Shown here: positions 25,570-39,934 of the stretch, piece by piece
Numbering within the stretch: position 1 is the first letter of the stretch
How the letters are laid out: the number at the start of each line of letters is the position of its first letter
Assembly: GCF_009914755.1 (NCBI RefSeq)
Contig: NC_060929.1
DNA length: 64,000 nucleotides
Strand: one strand, 5' to 3'
Source of the DNA: the human T2T-CHM13v2.0 reference genome, Homo sapiens
Position numbers and translations under genes: made by a program
The notes under the pieces: generated by a model
What the model saw: the letters and a program-made list of their open reading frames with translations, nothing else
Told to the model about the DNA's origin: nothing
Database searches by the model: none

Positions 25570-26063
25570 GTGTGTATAAATATATGTATACACACACATA
25601 CATACTTTAAGTTCTGGGATACATGTGCAGAACGTGCAGGTTTGTTACATAGGTATACATGTGCCAAGGTGGTTTGCTGCACCCATCAACCCGTCATGTA
25701 GGTTTTAAGCCCTGCATGCATTAGGTATTTGTCCTAATGCCCTCCCTCCCCTTGCCCCCAACCCCCCAAGAGAACTGGGTGTGTGATGTCGCCCTCCCTG
25801 ACGTTTCTCATTGTTCTATTCCCACTTATGAGCGAGAACACGCAGTGTCTGGTGTTTTGTTCCTGTGTTAGTTTGCTGAGAATGATGGTTTCCAGCTTTA
25901 TACATGTCCCTGCAAAAGACGTGAACTCATCCTTTTTATGGCTGCATAGTATTCCATTATGCATATGTGCCACATTTTCTTTATCCAGTCTATCACTGAT
26001 GGACATTTGGGTTGGTTCCAAGTTTTGCTATTGTGAATAGTGCTGCAATAAGTATACGTGTGC
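25570..26063 (-). mobile_element. 5'-truncated L1PA8-like 3' end with a (TG/TA/CA) microsatellite tail
   Basis: tactttaagttctgggatacatgtgcagaacgtgcagg...aggttttaagccctgcatgcattagg is L1PA8-type 3' UTR. Confidence 0.9.
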
Positions 26064-26479
26064 TGGTGAATATTGAGGGAGGGAGTGGCTGGATGAGGCT
26101 AAGGAAACGCCAGGAACCCCAACATGAAGGGCACCCAGCAATACAGGCTACCTTAAGGAGAACAGACTTCAATCCTGAGGGCAAGGGAGATCAAGAATCG
26201 TTTTATTTTCAGAATACCCTCTGGCTCCTGTGTAAGAAGCTGTAACTGCAAATACAGCAATGGTGACTACCCCATGACAGAATGGGGCTTATCCTTTTCT
26301 CCCAGCCCCACCAAACCCCCGATTCACTCGGTGCCTCCCCAGGTCCTTCCACACGTCTCTCCCCGCTCCCCTCCATGGTCAATTCCTCCTCCTCAGCTGG
26401 TTCCTGGTCTGCATTTTTCACATGTCCCCTGGGATCTGCTCCTGCAATTAGGCCTCTCTCTCAAGCATCCTAAATCATC

Positions 26480-27790
26480 TCCAACTGCTTCCTCTTGAGC
26501 TCCCAGTCTCTACAGCACAGCCTTCTCCCCTAGCCCTGCTGCCCAAAACAAAGGTCCTGGGCTTGGCTGCCAATCTCCCTGAGTGCAGGCTCTAAATCTG
26601 ACACTCACATACTGCCCTCCAGGTAGCTATGCAACCTGCCTTCTATTGCCACAGCTCCCTGAAACTGCCCTCTCCAACACCTTCACACTGACCTCCACAC
26701 TGCCAAATCCTAGAACTCTTCTCAGTTTTCTTCCTTGTGGCTTTTCCCACACTTGACCATACCCTATTCCTCCAACTTGAAACTCTTCTCCTTTAGTCTA
26801 AATTAATTCTATCCACAATATCCACCTACCTTTCAGGTCACTCCTTCACTGGCTCAACTCTCTGTTTCTAAGTGTACACTGGCCTCAAAGCTCCATTACC
26901 AGCCCTCCCTGCTGTTTATATTTCCCAGATCCCCCAAGTCCACGGCTTTACCACTGCTTGCACCCACAGTCCATAGACATCCAACCGCCCAATGCATATC
27001 CAACCTCAGCAACTTTACAATCCCCAACGCCAGCCCACAACTTGACTTTTATCTACCTTTCCTAATTCTGTCCAAAGTATGACTCCTATGACTGGAATGT
27101 TCAGTTATTTCTATAACTTATCTCTGTCCCTCTTTTCTTCCATCGACAATTACCAAGTCTTAGCAAATCTCACTCAATGGTATGTGCTGCTCCCAGGGGT
27201 GATCTCTGGAGTTACAGTGAAGGGTTCAGGCTCTGGAGACTGACTGCATGGGTTCACACCCAGCATAGACATGAGGTGTCTGTGTGACCTTAGACAAGCT
27301 GTTTAATTGCTATGCCTCTGTTTTCTTATCTGTAAAAGGGGATAATACGAGTACTGTTCTGAGGATTACAGGTAAACACAATGAGTTTGGCATAGTGCCC
27401 AGCATACAGTAAGAACTCCATTAATGAAAGCTGCAATTATTAATCTGATTGCTTTTGTCCATCCCTTCCTTTCCATTTCCTTCTACCCCAGGCCTATACT
27501 TGAATTATTCCAATACATAGTGACTTGGTTCCCTTTCTCCAGCCTCTATTCACCCAAATGTGTGCCAAATATCATTTTTACATTTACTTTTTGAGGCCCT
27601 ACCCTTATTGTATCATCCAGCATTACTGACAAGATAAAGTCCAGCCTCTTTCTCCTAACACATGATGCCCTGTGACTCTCCTCTGCTCATAGAAAATGGG
27701 CAGACCCAGCCCCAACATCCAGTGCTTTCTCCACATCTTTTCCAATACATACCCTTTGTCTTAAAATTCCTCTGCCCACCCCCTGCATCT
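26480..27790 (+). mobile_element. Degraded L2 segment with an embedded MIR (~27210-27440)
   Basis: Pyrimidine-rich L2 ORF-like motifs (ctccacactgccaaatcc; cttgaaactcttctc) and MIR tgtgtgaccttagacaag...ttatctgtaaaagggggataata. Confidence 0.6.
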
Positions 27791-27846
27791 ATAGACACAT
27801 GATAGAATTTTGTGCAGCAAGCAAGAAGGGCAATGAGGATGTATAT

Positions 27847-28250
27847 TACAGTAGATCAATTGCATTAGGGGTCCCAATTCTTCACCCCTTCCTGTATGTA
27901 CACTCTTGGCCATGTCACCTTGCAGAGGGCTTACACTCTGCCATTGAGCCCATCCATGTGACTTGTCAACAGATAGGACACAAGCAGAAGCTTGAAAAAA
28001 CACTAGAGTGTTTCAGCTACTGCTCCTTTGCCTCAGCCATCACCATGAGAACATGCCTGAGCTAGCTTCTAGGAGATGAGACACATGGAGTTGACCCAGC
28101 CAAGGCCATCCTGCATCAGCTGACAGCCAGTGGATGCACAGGCATGCCAGGAGACCAGCCAAGGTGAGTCAACCCTAGCTAACTACAGACATAAATGCTT
28201 ATTGTTGTGTGTTTCAGTGGCTGGTCGATTTGCAACAGATAGCTGGTATA
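27847..28250 (+). mobile_element. MLT1H-like solo LTR
   Basis: aattcttcaccccttcctgtat...ccatgagaacatgcctgagctagc...cccagccaaggccatcct...ataaatgcttattgtt, with a possible TSD tatat/tacat. Confidence 0.75.
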
Positions 28251-28819
28251 TACATCAAATGACATCAAGAAAAGTTCACAGCACATTAGAAAGGGAAGAT
28301 CACAGACAGCAGAGCAATAACATGGTCCCAACTGTGTATGTGTGCTTATGTTCATAGGAGGTGACACAGCTGCAATTACATATTTCTAATAATTGTTCAA
28401 CTAATGCTAGGCTGTTTCCCAGCCTAGCTGACAATGTTCTTAAGAAACAGTATCTGCTTTGTTTACCATAATAAACTTAAGTGCCTAACTCAAGGCCAGG
28501 AACATTGTATACACATAATAAACACTATTAAGTGAATGAATGTCCATGAAAGTGCATGCATCCACAGATCTAGAGGGTTCACACCAAATGGTAAAAAGTG
28601 GTTATCTCCAGATGTTCAAATGATGAGTTATGTTTTAGGGTTTTTTTTTCAATAAGTATTTTCTATTTTTCTACAGTTAACATGGATGACTTATATAATA
28701 AAGTAATAAGAGTAAAGTAATAAATCCTTCAAAATGAAGGTTCCTGGATTCCAGGCAGAGGCTTTCTCAGTCAGCCAAACCCCAGGCAATGCTTCCTTCT
28801 CTGAATCCTTGGTGTGCAT

Positions 28820-28891
28820 TGTCATTCATTCTTGCATTTTTATTTACTTTTTTAGTGTCATTCATTCTTACATTCTTATTTACTTTTTTAG
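28820..28891. repeat. Tandem duplication, 2 x 36 bp
   Basis: tgtcattcattcttgcatttttatttacttttttag followed by tgtcattcattcttacattcttatttacttttttag (2 mismatches). Confidence 0.95.
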
Positions 28892-29089
28892 ATAAAAACT
28901 CCTGATATTAAGAGTTGTACAGTTTACTGGTGGATCTTTATCTCCACCGGTAGACTGTAAAACTCTTTATTAAGACTTTTACACACTACACACTACACAG
29001 TCCCGTAGTACTTAATGTCAACTTTTAAAAATTAATTCACTAGCATCTCTGAATTTTATGACAATTCTGAAACAGAGAAAGTCCTAAAA

Positions 29090-29220
29090 TTGTTGTACAT
29101 TTGAAGAAACTGAGGCACAGTGAGTTGCTTAGTATCACAAAGGACAGCATTATAATTCATCACAAGGCTGGAATCAGGTCTCAAACCTTGACCTTTTCTC
29201 CAATGTTGCTGCCACCACGC
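29090..29220 (-). mobile_element. MIR relic
   Basis: tgaagaaactgaggcacagtgagttgctt core. Confidence 0.6.
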
Positions 29221-29524
29221 CTTATAGCCTTCATCAGCATTAGTGCTGGTGACCACATGTGAAGCCTCCCACAGGCTATACCCTTTAAAGGCTGGGTATG
29301 AATCTCATTCATCTTTGCAACTCTCCCATCTGAACCAGAGCCTTACATGCAATAAGTGCTCAATAAATATTCCCTGAGCTGAACCAGGAGGCAGAGACCA
29401 CAAGAATGAGAAAGCCAGCTCCAAGAGCCAGCTCTTGTTTCTTCCATGGGAGAAGTGTTATAAAGTGTAATAGGGTTTTAAGATAGTCTCCAGAGCAGAG
29501 TGAGTCTGTAAGGCTCATTAAATC

Positions 29525-29685
29525 TGGGGGTCCTTAACCCAAGACCCATGGATGGACTTCACAGGGTCCATCAAGTCCTGGAACTGTGTGAAAAATACTT
29601 TTTGGATATGTACAATGTTACTCAGGGAAAGGGTAAAGCTTTGATCAGAATTGGAGTCCATAACTCAGCAAAGCTGAGGTCCAGC
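29525..29685 (-). mobile_element. MER117-like hAT MITE
   Basis: gggtccttaaccc...ccatggatggacttcacagggtccat...agctttgatcagaatt resembles the reverse complement of MER117. Confidence 0.6.
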
Positions 29686-29889
29686 AAGACCAAGTTACTT
29701 CTGCCCATTGGTGCATGGTGGCCAATGGGCAGACCTGGGGCCAAACCCAGACCTCCTCATTTCTACCCTGGGGTCTTCTCTTCCTTGTAGGCTGCCCAGC
29801 ATGTGGCATGTGTACACCAATGACATGGTCCCAGAACACTGCATTTCTGCAGCTTGGAAGGATGGTCAGCTTTGTAGCTTTACTGGATT

Positions 29890-30030
29890 TTGTTGCCCGC
29901 AGACCACAATGTTTTGTAAGGGTAAAAAATTTCTGACGTGATCTGGATACATTCCTCTAATTCATCAGGAATTCATACAAATGTCAGGTGTGCCAAAGTA
30001 ATTTTCTTTAAAATGATTTATCAGCCATAC
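29890..30030. promoter_or_regulatory. Candidate enhancer (motif-dense non-repeat block)
   Basis: RUNX accaca, SOX acaatg, CRE-like tgacgtg, TEAD acattcct, MEIS tgtca, NFI tgccaa and PBX-HOX tgatttat within ~120 bp. Confidence 0.3.
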
Positions 30031-31003
30031 GAACACAAGCCATCCCACCTGATCTTTGGAATTAAAACCACATTTCTCTTCAGAAGGGAATAAAAGTGCA
30101 GTCTTGACAAACAGGACACATTTTCACTGGTCTGGGATGAGCTGGTCTCCATCAGGGAGCAAAGTGGTAAACAGGAGGACATTTTATCAGGCCTGTGAAT
30201 CTTCCCCACATCTCATCCACACCAGATCTGGCACTTGATACCTGGTGACTCATTCCCAACTGACTGTGTTTAATAACTAACATAATCACCCAGCTACCAG
30301 CCAAACTGCAGGCAGCTGCTACATTATGTGTGCCCTGGAATAAAGGAGAAGGCAGGGCTATGGTGAGGTGAGGTGGTTGATGGAGCAGAAATAATGTTCC
30401 TGCAATGCAGCTTGGAAGAGATACAAGTCAGTTCCTGCAAGGCGTGGAGCTGTATTCTTGAGAGGTGAGGAGGTAAGCTCAGCGGGCCAATCCAAAGCAT
30501 GCTGTTTATCCTGGGTGGGATTCTATCCTGCATGTGCACTTACCCTCTGAGAAAAGCCTAGATGGGAATAGCTAACCAAGGTCATTCACTTAGTTTCCTC
30601 CCAGAAAGATCCCAATCACCCCCAATACAAATAGAAAGGCTACAACTGCCTACTAATGGCACCCATTCGTAACTCTGAATCTCTCTCCAACATAAGTTAC
30701 GTTTCCTTGCAGCCAATAACATTACTCAATATTTTGCAGCTTTTTGAAGGACTGCCTCAGTTGAGGCTCTTGGGTTCCACTATCTAGAGACAGATGGAGA
30801 TTTTAAGCCTCAGAACCCAGACACCAAACTGGATTTGGGGTTCCTCACTGAAATTCAGCCAGTTCTGTTCCTCAAATTTCCTGGGATAAAAAATTCCCTC
30901 CACTAACCTATCTCCAAAATTCCTTGAGTATTTCTTAACGAGAAGTAACATAGAAAACACCACCAGCAAGCATGACAAGTAGCTCAAAGGCATTTGACTA
31001 GCA

Positions 31004-31234
31004 CAGTGTTTTTCAAAGTATGATACAACTAAGGATTTTGGAAAATATACATATATTTTTATTTAAGTAATTTACATGAAGGTGTATTAAACCTGTGGCT
31101 TCAAATGGATTATCCTTTAAAACTAAGTTAGGGGTAAAGAGGAATTGATTTTTTAAATATTTCTACATTAATTCCGGTGTCTGATAATGTGGCAGGAATC
31201 AGGACTGTGGTACCCACAAATCTAGGAAGCACTG
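31004..31234. mobile_element. hAT-Charlie-type MITE (subfamily uncertain)
   Basis: Inverted termini cagtgtttttcaaagt and aatctaggaagcactg around an AT-rich core. Confidence 0.6.
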
Positions 31235-31329
31235 GATTAGGTATGAGACTGGAGACGCCTGCCTAGTGCACCTGCTGCACCTGCAGCTACCTATGAGCAC
31301 ACATCTAGGTTGTGATTAGGGGAAGGCAA

Positions 31330-31830
31330 TGAACATTCTCTGGTTATCTACTCTGTTTCAGAAGCCATTTATGCACTGTCTCACTTAATTTTCCTAATAA
31401 CCCTATGAGGTAAAACTCAGCCTCCTCATTTTATAGCCAGGAGAAAAAACCCAGATACATTAAGTAGTTGTCCAAAGTAGTATACTTATTAATCTCATGT
31501 GCATTGAGTGACTTATCTGGCCTTGACATGTGGCTGAACCAATTCACTGCCACCCAAGAGAGGGTGTCTCAGGGGCCATCTATCCCCCTTAAAAAATATA
31601 ACACTAAGAACTCGCTCTCCAAAGAGCCTTACGCGTTTATACTTTGAATGCTTAAAAAAACTTTTGCAACCATCAACACCTGTGTACCTTGTGGTATTAC
31701 TTGAAACAGGGCCCAGAGATGTTGAGCAAGTTGCCCAAGGTCACTCAGTAAGTGAGCAATTGAGGCAGGATCAGAACTGAGACTTCCAGATTCTTGGTCC
31801 AAAAGCTCAACACCCTGCTCCATGATCCCA
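31330..31830 (-). mobile_element. Two MIR relics (~31330-31490 and ~31710-31830)
   Basis: ataaccctatgaggta...cattttatag; ttgcccaaggtcactcagtaagt. Confidence 0.7.
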
Positions 31831-32324
31831 CCATGATGTCAGGCCAAAGAGTCAGAGCCTTACCAAAGAACTCATCCAGAAGTGGGATGCAGGGAGCTCC
31901 ATGGATGACCCTCTAGAACAGCAATGGCATCCCACCTAGCAAGGGCTGGTCCAAGAAGTGAGTGGAGCCACGCACACTCCTCCTCGATGTTTGAGGACTG
32001 GGTATGTGTGGATGCCAGTGGTGATGGACCGCTTGCTGTCATCTCCTAGAGATCAACGTCTGGGCTGTACATGTGATCGTAGTTTTTATTTCTATCAAAC
32101 AGAGCTTTCCAGCTTTACCTTCCTAACTGGATCATAAACTCCTTAAAAATCTTAAGGACAGAGATCAAGTCTGTCCTTCTCTTCACCATAAGCTCCTCTC
32201 CTCTCATAGAGGCAGCCCTGGATGTCAGGTTTATTCATTGTCCTCTCGCTCCTCACAACTGTCTCCTTTTCCTTGCCAACACTGGGTCAAATTGTGGACT
32301 TTACCTGTCTGTCCTCTGCTAAAG

Positions 32325-32480
32325 AACAGTGGTTGAGCATGGGAGCTCTGAAGAGAAACTTCCTAAGTTCACTTACTAGCTCTTGACCTTGAGCAAGTCA
32401 CTTACCCTCTCTGAGATTCATGTCCTTCTCCATCAAGTGAGAATAACACTAATACAGACTACTCAGGGCTGCAAGGGGCT
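32325..32480 (+). mobile_element. MIR relic
   Basis: cacttactagctcttgaccttgagcaagtcacttaccctctctgag. Confidence 0.75.
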
Positions 32481-33924
32481 TAAGTCATTTCAGCTGGCTC
32501 TCACATATTCAAGATTCAGCTCAAACATCGCTCCCCCAGGAAGCCTTCTTGGACACACCCACCCTCCTGTCCACAGAGGCCAGCACTACACTCAGCATAT
32601 ACTTGATGCTTAGTAAATATTTATCAAGTGAATGTTTGAAGAAAATTTCCCAAAGAAAAGAGAATCATCAGAACCTAAAAGAAGGAAGATGAACTACTAG
32701 GATGGCGATGGTAGGGTCAATCCTCGGTAGCCTGGAGAGACTACCCAGGACACCGTCTGGGCCATACCAGCCAGCCACACCATACAGGAGGCTGCCAACA
32801 CCACCGACACCTGAGCCCATTCCACTGGCCCACAACACTTCCATGAGGCCTGCCAGCCAGCCTGCCTGCCATTTCTGAGCATCTGCAAACCTTAGTGAGG
32901 AAGCCTCATTAGCTGATGGGTTGCAATGAGGTGGCACCATGACAATAATTTGTGACTTTGAAATAATTGGTGCCTAGAGACTAAGTGTTCAGTCCAAGAT
33001 AAAGCGGCATGAGGCAGAGGCAGATCCCCATCACCCTGGGAGATGGGCCAGAGAAACCTGAACTGCAATCCATCCTCAGCTTCCCCAGGAAAAGCAGAAT
33101 GTAATGTGATTGTATCTGGCATTAAGCAATGTATCTGGCCTTGGATCATTAACTTATATGGTTCACGAAAATATAGTAACAAGTTTGAAATATTTGCTTA
33201 ATTTATCTCTGACTCAATCCCTTCAAGCAGCTTCTGATAGGATATGCAGAACACATTCTTCTCTCAGGAAGAGAGAAACAAATCTTTGGGGAAATTATGA
33301 GAGTAAATAAAGCAGGAGACACCCAGAGACCACAGCTAAACAAATACTCAACAAATCTAATTGATTCTCTAATTTGAAAATTTGGCAGATTAACAGGGTT
33401 TTATGGTGATTTTATGGATAATATTTCCATAATTTCTTCCTAGTTAAGTGATCGATAAAATCTAATACTATAACACTTGTTTATTCCTGCAAATGAACAA
33501 GCTGCATGAAAAATACTTTATGGAAGATGCCAAATGCACCAGCCTACCATAATCTGCAGCCCACAAAACAGGGCAGAGAGACTAACCCAATAGGTATACA
33601 GCATGCACCACGCCAATTGGATTTTCCAAAAACCTGACACTGCAAGCAACTAGGGAGAACTGAAGAGGGCCAAATGAATTGGAGTGAGGAGGACCATCTG
33701 TATACAAATGACACCATCCTAAAGCTTATGCAATGAAAGGCAAGGAGATAGTGCATGCCACCCAAAAGATAGGCACTTCACATTTATATTATAATAAGCC
33801 TTTTATTTTTCCTGAAAGTTCTACTTTTCGAGTCACAGTAGCCTATGTAGCGTGCCAAAAGTAATGCCAGAAAAGTTTTGAAATATGTCAGCAGTGGGGA
33901 CATTAAGGAAACCTAGTAACCTTA

Positions 33925-34040
33925 ATAACTAATACTGAGGACTAGGCATTGCACGTGGCAAGTTTTTGCAGGCATGAGCTCATTTAATTCTAATAAACCT
34001 ACTAGGGGATATCCAGGGCACAGCTTCTTCACTACTGGGC
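33925..34040 (-). mobile_element. MIR relic
   Basis: ctaggcattgcac...ctcatttaattctaataaacct. Confidence 0.6.
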
Positions 34041-34055
34041 TATATTGCCTCTTTA

Positions 34056-34059
34056 TTGT

Positions 34060-34093
<34 letters not shown>

Positions 34094-34198
34094 AATTGCT
34101 TTATTGAGGTATGACTGACATACAAAAATCTGTCAGCGTTTAATCTATATGACTTGGTGAGTTTGCAGATAAGTATATACTCATGAAACTATCACCAC
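34056..34198 (-). mobile_element. Extremely 5'-truncated old L1 (L1MA/MB-type 3' tip) with a (CAA)11 tail
   Basis: gctttattgaggtatgactgacataca 3' tip, (TTG)11 at 34060-34092, and a perfect 12-bp TSD attgcctcttta at 34044-34055 and 34199-34210. Confidence 0.85.
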
Positions 34199-35999
34199 AT
34201 TGCCTCTTTAAGTATTAAAAAAAAAAACAACCTGTGACTTTGTCTCCATCATCGAAAACATTTATTCCATGCAGAGATTGACCACCACCACCACAGCTCC
34301 CAGCCAAGAGATATGGGTGAACCCCAAAGACCAGTGTAGACCAGACGTTTGCACGTAAAGAGAGACCTCACCAACACAGAAGAAAGCTTTGTGCAGTGAT
34401 TAAAAGTTGACCTTTTCAAACTATATATTTTTTAAATTGATTGCTTTTAATTGTAAAAATTATTTTTTAAAAAAAAACTAGTAAGTAAACTTAGGAAGTC
34501 TCTCTTCAGAGCCCTCCTGTTCAACCACTATACCTTAACAGAAGACAGACAGGCAGACTCCACTATTTGACAGCGTTGGCAGGGAAAAGTGGGAGACATT
34601 TGTGGGAATAAAGAAACCACTAGGCTTGTTAACTCTGGGAGAGTTAAACTTCTTTTCTGGACTTGCTATCTCTGAGGTCAACATTTCCTGAAAATAAACA
34701 GAATTGCTATTTAATCTCAAAGTTTTCTACCCTAAAGCAGGTCTCATCCACCAAACTGCAGAGAAGCTGATTCATCTGCAAAAGCCTGGCTTGCACACAT
34801 GGGCGTTAAGTTAACTGGGATATTCTTGCCCCTCTGCAGTCAGTGTGTGCATCATAAGGTTGCGATCACTGTAGCTTCTGGCCAGCTCGAGTGATCACCA
34901 GACCATAGTGTGGAAGAGGACAGTATTCCAAGTACAGCCTCATACAGGCTGATTCTTGTAGCCTGTCACCACAAACAGAGACTGTACCAAGCCAGCCTAT
35001 GCAGACTCTGCAGCTCCCCAGGACAAATGCAAATGACTTAAAGAAAGACTATAGGAGTCTTCGCAGAGAAGGGGCTCAAGCCATCTCTGTATGGGAACAT
35101 CCACAGGTAGATAGGAGACCACTGAAGTCTTCCAGGAGACTACGTAGAGTCTCTACCCACATGTACACCTGAGAGAGGTCTCATCTCTCCCTGTTCACCC
35201 CACCCAGTCAGCACAGCAAATCTGCAAGCTATGCTGTATTTCCTAGAAAAAAAGTGCCTTGGATCATAATATATTACTCCTGCTTTGAGGAACCAAGTGG
35301 AAGAACTCTCCGCCTAACTAGTCTTCAGGGTTTTATGGAGTACTGTGGCAGTGTGGTCAGCACAGTTGCCATCAAATGGTCCTTGCAGGGCCCTCAGCAC
35401 ACACAGCACTCAGAACTTTAGCGGGCCCTTGAGAAGACTTAAGTGCTTCTCCCAGCCAAGGAGCTCAATGCTGCATGGGCAAACACCCAAACACAGATGG
35501 TCCAAAGAACAGCTGGCAAGGAGGGAGGAAAAGTGCGGATCAGAGAAAAGAAAAGGCCAAGCTACAGACAAATCAGGGGTGGTTCCCACTACCCAGAGGG
35601 CAGCTCTTCCACAGCCACTTTCAGTTTTACCCAGCAGAGCACCCGCTGGAAACCCCTCTCCCGCCCACCCCTTCATGTGCTGCCTTTGCCAGAGCCAGAG
35701 TCAGTGGACAAGCATGGGGCCAGTGCACAGAGAGGGCCTGTCTCTCAACAGGGGCTATCAAGCATCCTTGTACCAAATCCAACATACAACCAGAGGCGAG
35801 AAACCAGGGGTCATCCCTGATGGTTCCAGCAGGTCGAGTAATAATGGACTAAGTCATCAAGAGAGGTGTACACCAGGTCCCACTCATGGAAACACTTCAA
35901 CTGGAGGAAAAGTAATAGTGCTTAAGGAGTTTATCTTTCCATCATTCCAACAGGGACAAGAAAGAGTCTTGTGGGGGGCAGGGGGAAACTTAGCAAAAT

Positions 36000-36510
<511 letters not shown>

Positions 36511-38054
36511 AAGGAAAATCTGCTCATGATACACATACGCGTGATGTGCACAAACTCCCCACACCTTCTCTCTCACCCACCTCTCCTTGGGTCCCTGCAT
36601 CTCTTTCTTTTAGGGGAAAGCTAAAGGTGTTTTTACTCAAGAAAGCCTTCTATTTTGTCTAAGATATCAGGATTTTAGTCTCATGTTTCTCTGTAAGGAA
36701 AGGGGCACTTTGAAATGATGCATTTATTAGTGTTATCTCAGAGGCATTCTATCTCCCTCTCAAGGAGCAACAAGGAGCCCCATCTGTTCATGCAGATTTC
36801 ACCTTCAGGCCAGCACCAAAAAGCCAGGGAAGACAGGTTACAAGTGCAAACCTGTCGTGTCTTGAAGAAAATAGGCCCATTTATTTCAGTTCCCCTGAGT
36901 CAGAGGAGTTTTCATTTGCTTCAGTAGAAGCTGTTAGGTTTCTCTTGGAAAAGCTTTCAGGAAAAGATACAACCATTGTAGATACTCTAGTTCATCGGAG
37001 GTTAATATGCTTATGGCATTATAACAAAATAGACTTGCACATCTTCCCAAAAATGAATTTAAATTATGGAAGAAAGCATTTCACAGACTTTAATTTAGTC
37101 AGCATTTTTAAATGTCATTTCTTATTGACAACCATTTGGAGTGGGAATGAGATGTGTTTTGTGTCACTTGGCTGAGGCAATAGTTGGCCTATATCATTTC
37201 ATCTTTGACTGAAATTAATTCCTTTTAGTAAGAATGGCAGTGAAAATCTCAACAACTCCATTAATTACACATGACGGTGTGAATGCTGGGGTTGCAAAAG
37301 CAGCCCCCGGGGGTTAGACCTCAACCTGCTCCCCGCCTTCCCAGAAGGGATATGAAAACCACAGCCCAGTAAAACAGCTCTTTGAAATCACGTCATATTT
37401 CACTGAGTGAGGGGAAAATATCTGAACCCAAAATGGAGTTTCTAATGAAATCTGAAAATAAGAAAAAATATGTTTTTAATAGCATTGATTTAGATTTAGG
37501 AAATAATTATGGATCCTACACAGTGCAGATGAGAGGCACAAATAATTTTACTTAAAGTTTCTCCTGCTAAATGTGAAATACAGTCAGTGTGGGTCAGGAC
37601 CTTCTTAGAACTATTGATGGCTTACAGAGTTGTGAGAAACCTCAGAGAATTCTCCAAAACAACAGGCTCATCTCATAGATGGTAAAACTGATGCTCAGAA
37701 ATGTGCCAAAGGTCACACAGCTGATGACTTCAGAACTGGAACCATCTAAACTTGTCCCTTCACCTTCCTTCCTTCCTTCTCCATTTACTCCTTGCTTTAT
37801 TTGACAGATACACTGGCACCTTAATTCCCATTTACAGAGAAAGAGATAAAAGAGCTAGGAGACCACTACGGAAGATGATCAAGGAAAACTGCTAGGATTC
37901 CGGCCCTCACACCTCCAGTTGAGAGCAGTCATGCTGCACTGCCTCTGCTGAGCTTCCCTGCTGGGCAGTATGCACCCAGATAGAAAGACAACCTCCAATT
38001 CCCATCATTTTAAGGGTTAAGCACCTGGAAACACTCAGAAAACGGGAACATCCA

Positions 38055-38780
38055 ACAACACATATTTATTAATAGCCACTCTGTGCCAGGCATGTCTCAA
38101 GATGCTTAGGATAAAATGGTAAACAAACAAACAAAAAAATCCTTGCCATCATCAAATTCACATTCTAGCAGACAGAAGTGGAAAATAAGAGACATGATAA
38201 AGAAAGCATCTAATGTGTTATTAGGGAATAAATGCTATGGGAAAATGAAACTGTACAGCAGGCTGAAGGGCTGAAAAATGCAGGCGGTAGGGTGTGGCCA
38301 GGTTGTAGTAATAAATGGGATGGTGAGGGAGGCCTCCTTGGTGAGGAAGTGAGAGAATTGGCCAAGCAGATATCTAGAGGGCATTCCAGGCAGCACGGGC
38401 ACAGGAACTAAGGTCTGGCTTGTTCAAAAAACAGCAAGGGGGACGGTATGGCTGGAACAGAGCGAGTGAGGCAGAGAGGAGGAGGAGGAGATCAGCTTGG
38501 AGGGGTAACAGGAGGCCTGTCATGACAGCCTGCGAGACGGGGTGGGTACTTTGGCTTTTCCTCTGAGGGAAATGGGGGCCCATAGCAAGGTTTGGAGCAG
38601 AGGAGTGATACGCTCTGACTTAAATTTTCAAAGGCGCAGTCTGACTTCTGTGCTGAGCGTTGACTCAGGCTGGGAGGAACAGGGAAGATGCAAAGGTGAG
38701 ACAGACAGGCCTGCTGGTAGATGTTTGTGTCAATCCCGACCAGAGATGTTAGCTCAGGCCAGGATGGTGCAGCAGAGTTG
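38055..38780 (-). mobile_element. L2a 3' region
   Basis: acatatttatt...ctgtgccaggca...tttggcttttcctctgagggaaatggg...gagcagaggagtgatacgctctgactta. Confidence 0.85.
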
Positions 38781-38919
38781 ACAGGCAATAACTCACTGAG
38801 CGTATCCACACTCACTGCTCTGATCCTGGAGTCACCAACTCAAATGCGCATATGTGGCCAAACTGATAAATTAAATAAACAAAGAAGATCAGGTAGAAAC
38901 AGAAAAAAGCTGCACGGCA

Positions 38920-39496
<577 letters not shown>

Positions 39497-39934
39497 TGCT
39501 CCCATGCTAATTAGTTTGATGAATCACTGAAAAACTAGCCTACTGATATATAAAGAAATACACTGCATCAGCACCACCCACAAAGTTACGTTTCCAGGTG
39601 CTTATTAGTTTTTATGTTTAAAAATACTCCATCCTTCCATTCAAATCTGGCTGCCAATGCAGCAAACATTCATACCAGGAGCCAGCAGGCTGAAGTCCTC
39701 CCAGGTGATGCTCTTAATAAATATTTAACAATTAGGAAAATAAAGACAACACAACCGTATCAAAGATGCACGAAGTCTTTGGTCACCTATAGCGCCAGAA
39801 AATTTCCTGAGAAACCCCACCTAAGACAAGCTTGTTACAAAGCAATAGGTGCAGAGATCAGAAGTTATTCTGAACTAAAAGAAGCTAATGTCTAAATTCA
39901 TCACTGTTTAGGTCAAGAAAGTGAAATCAACCTG

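Noticed and set aside
33922-34125. ORF with a polyglutamine run
   Set aside because: The run is a (CAA)11 microsatellite derived from an L1 tail, and the rest of the ORF is MIR/L1 sequence.
34534-34688. Minus-strand acceptor (ctgtttattttcag) opening EMLTSEIASPEKKFNS...
   Set aside because: There is no good donor nearby and the frame ends in a stop. The KKFNS shared with the 4.9-kb candidate looks coincidental.
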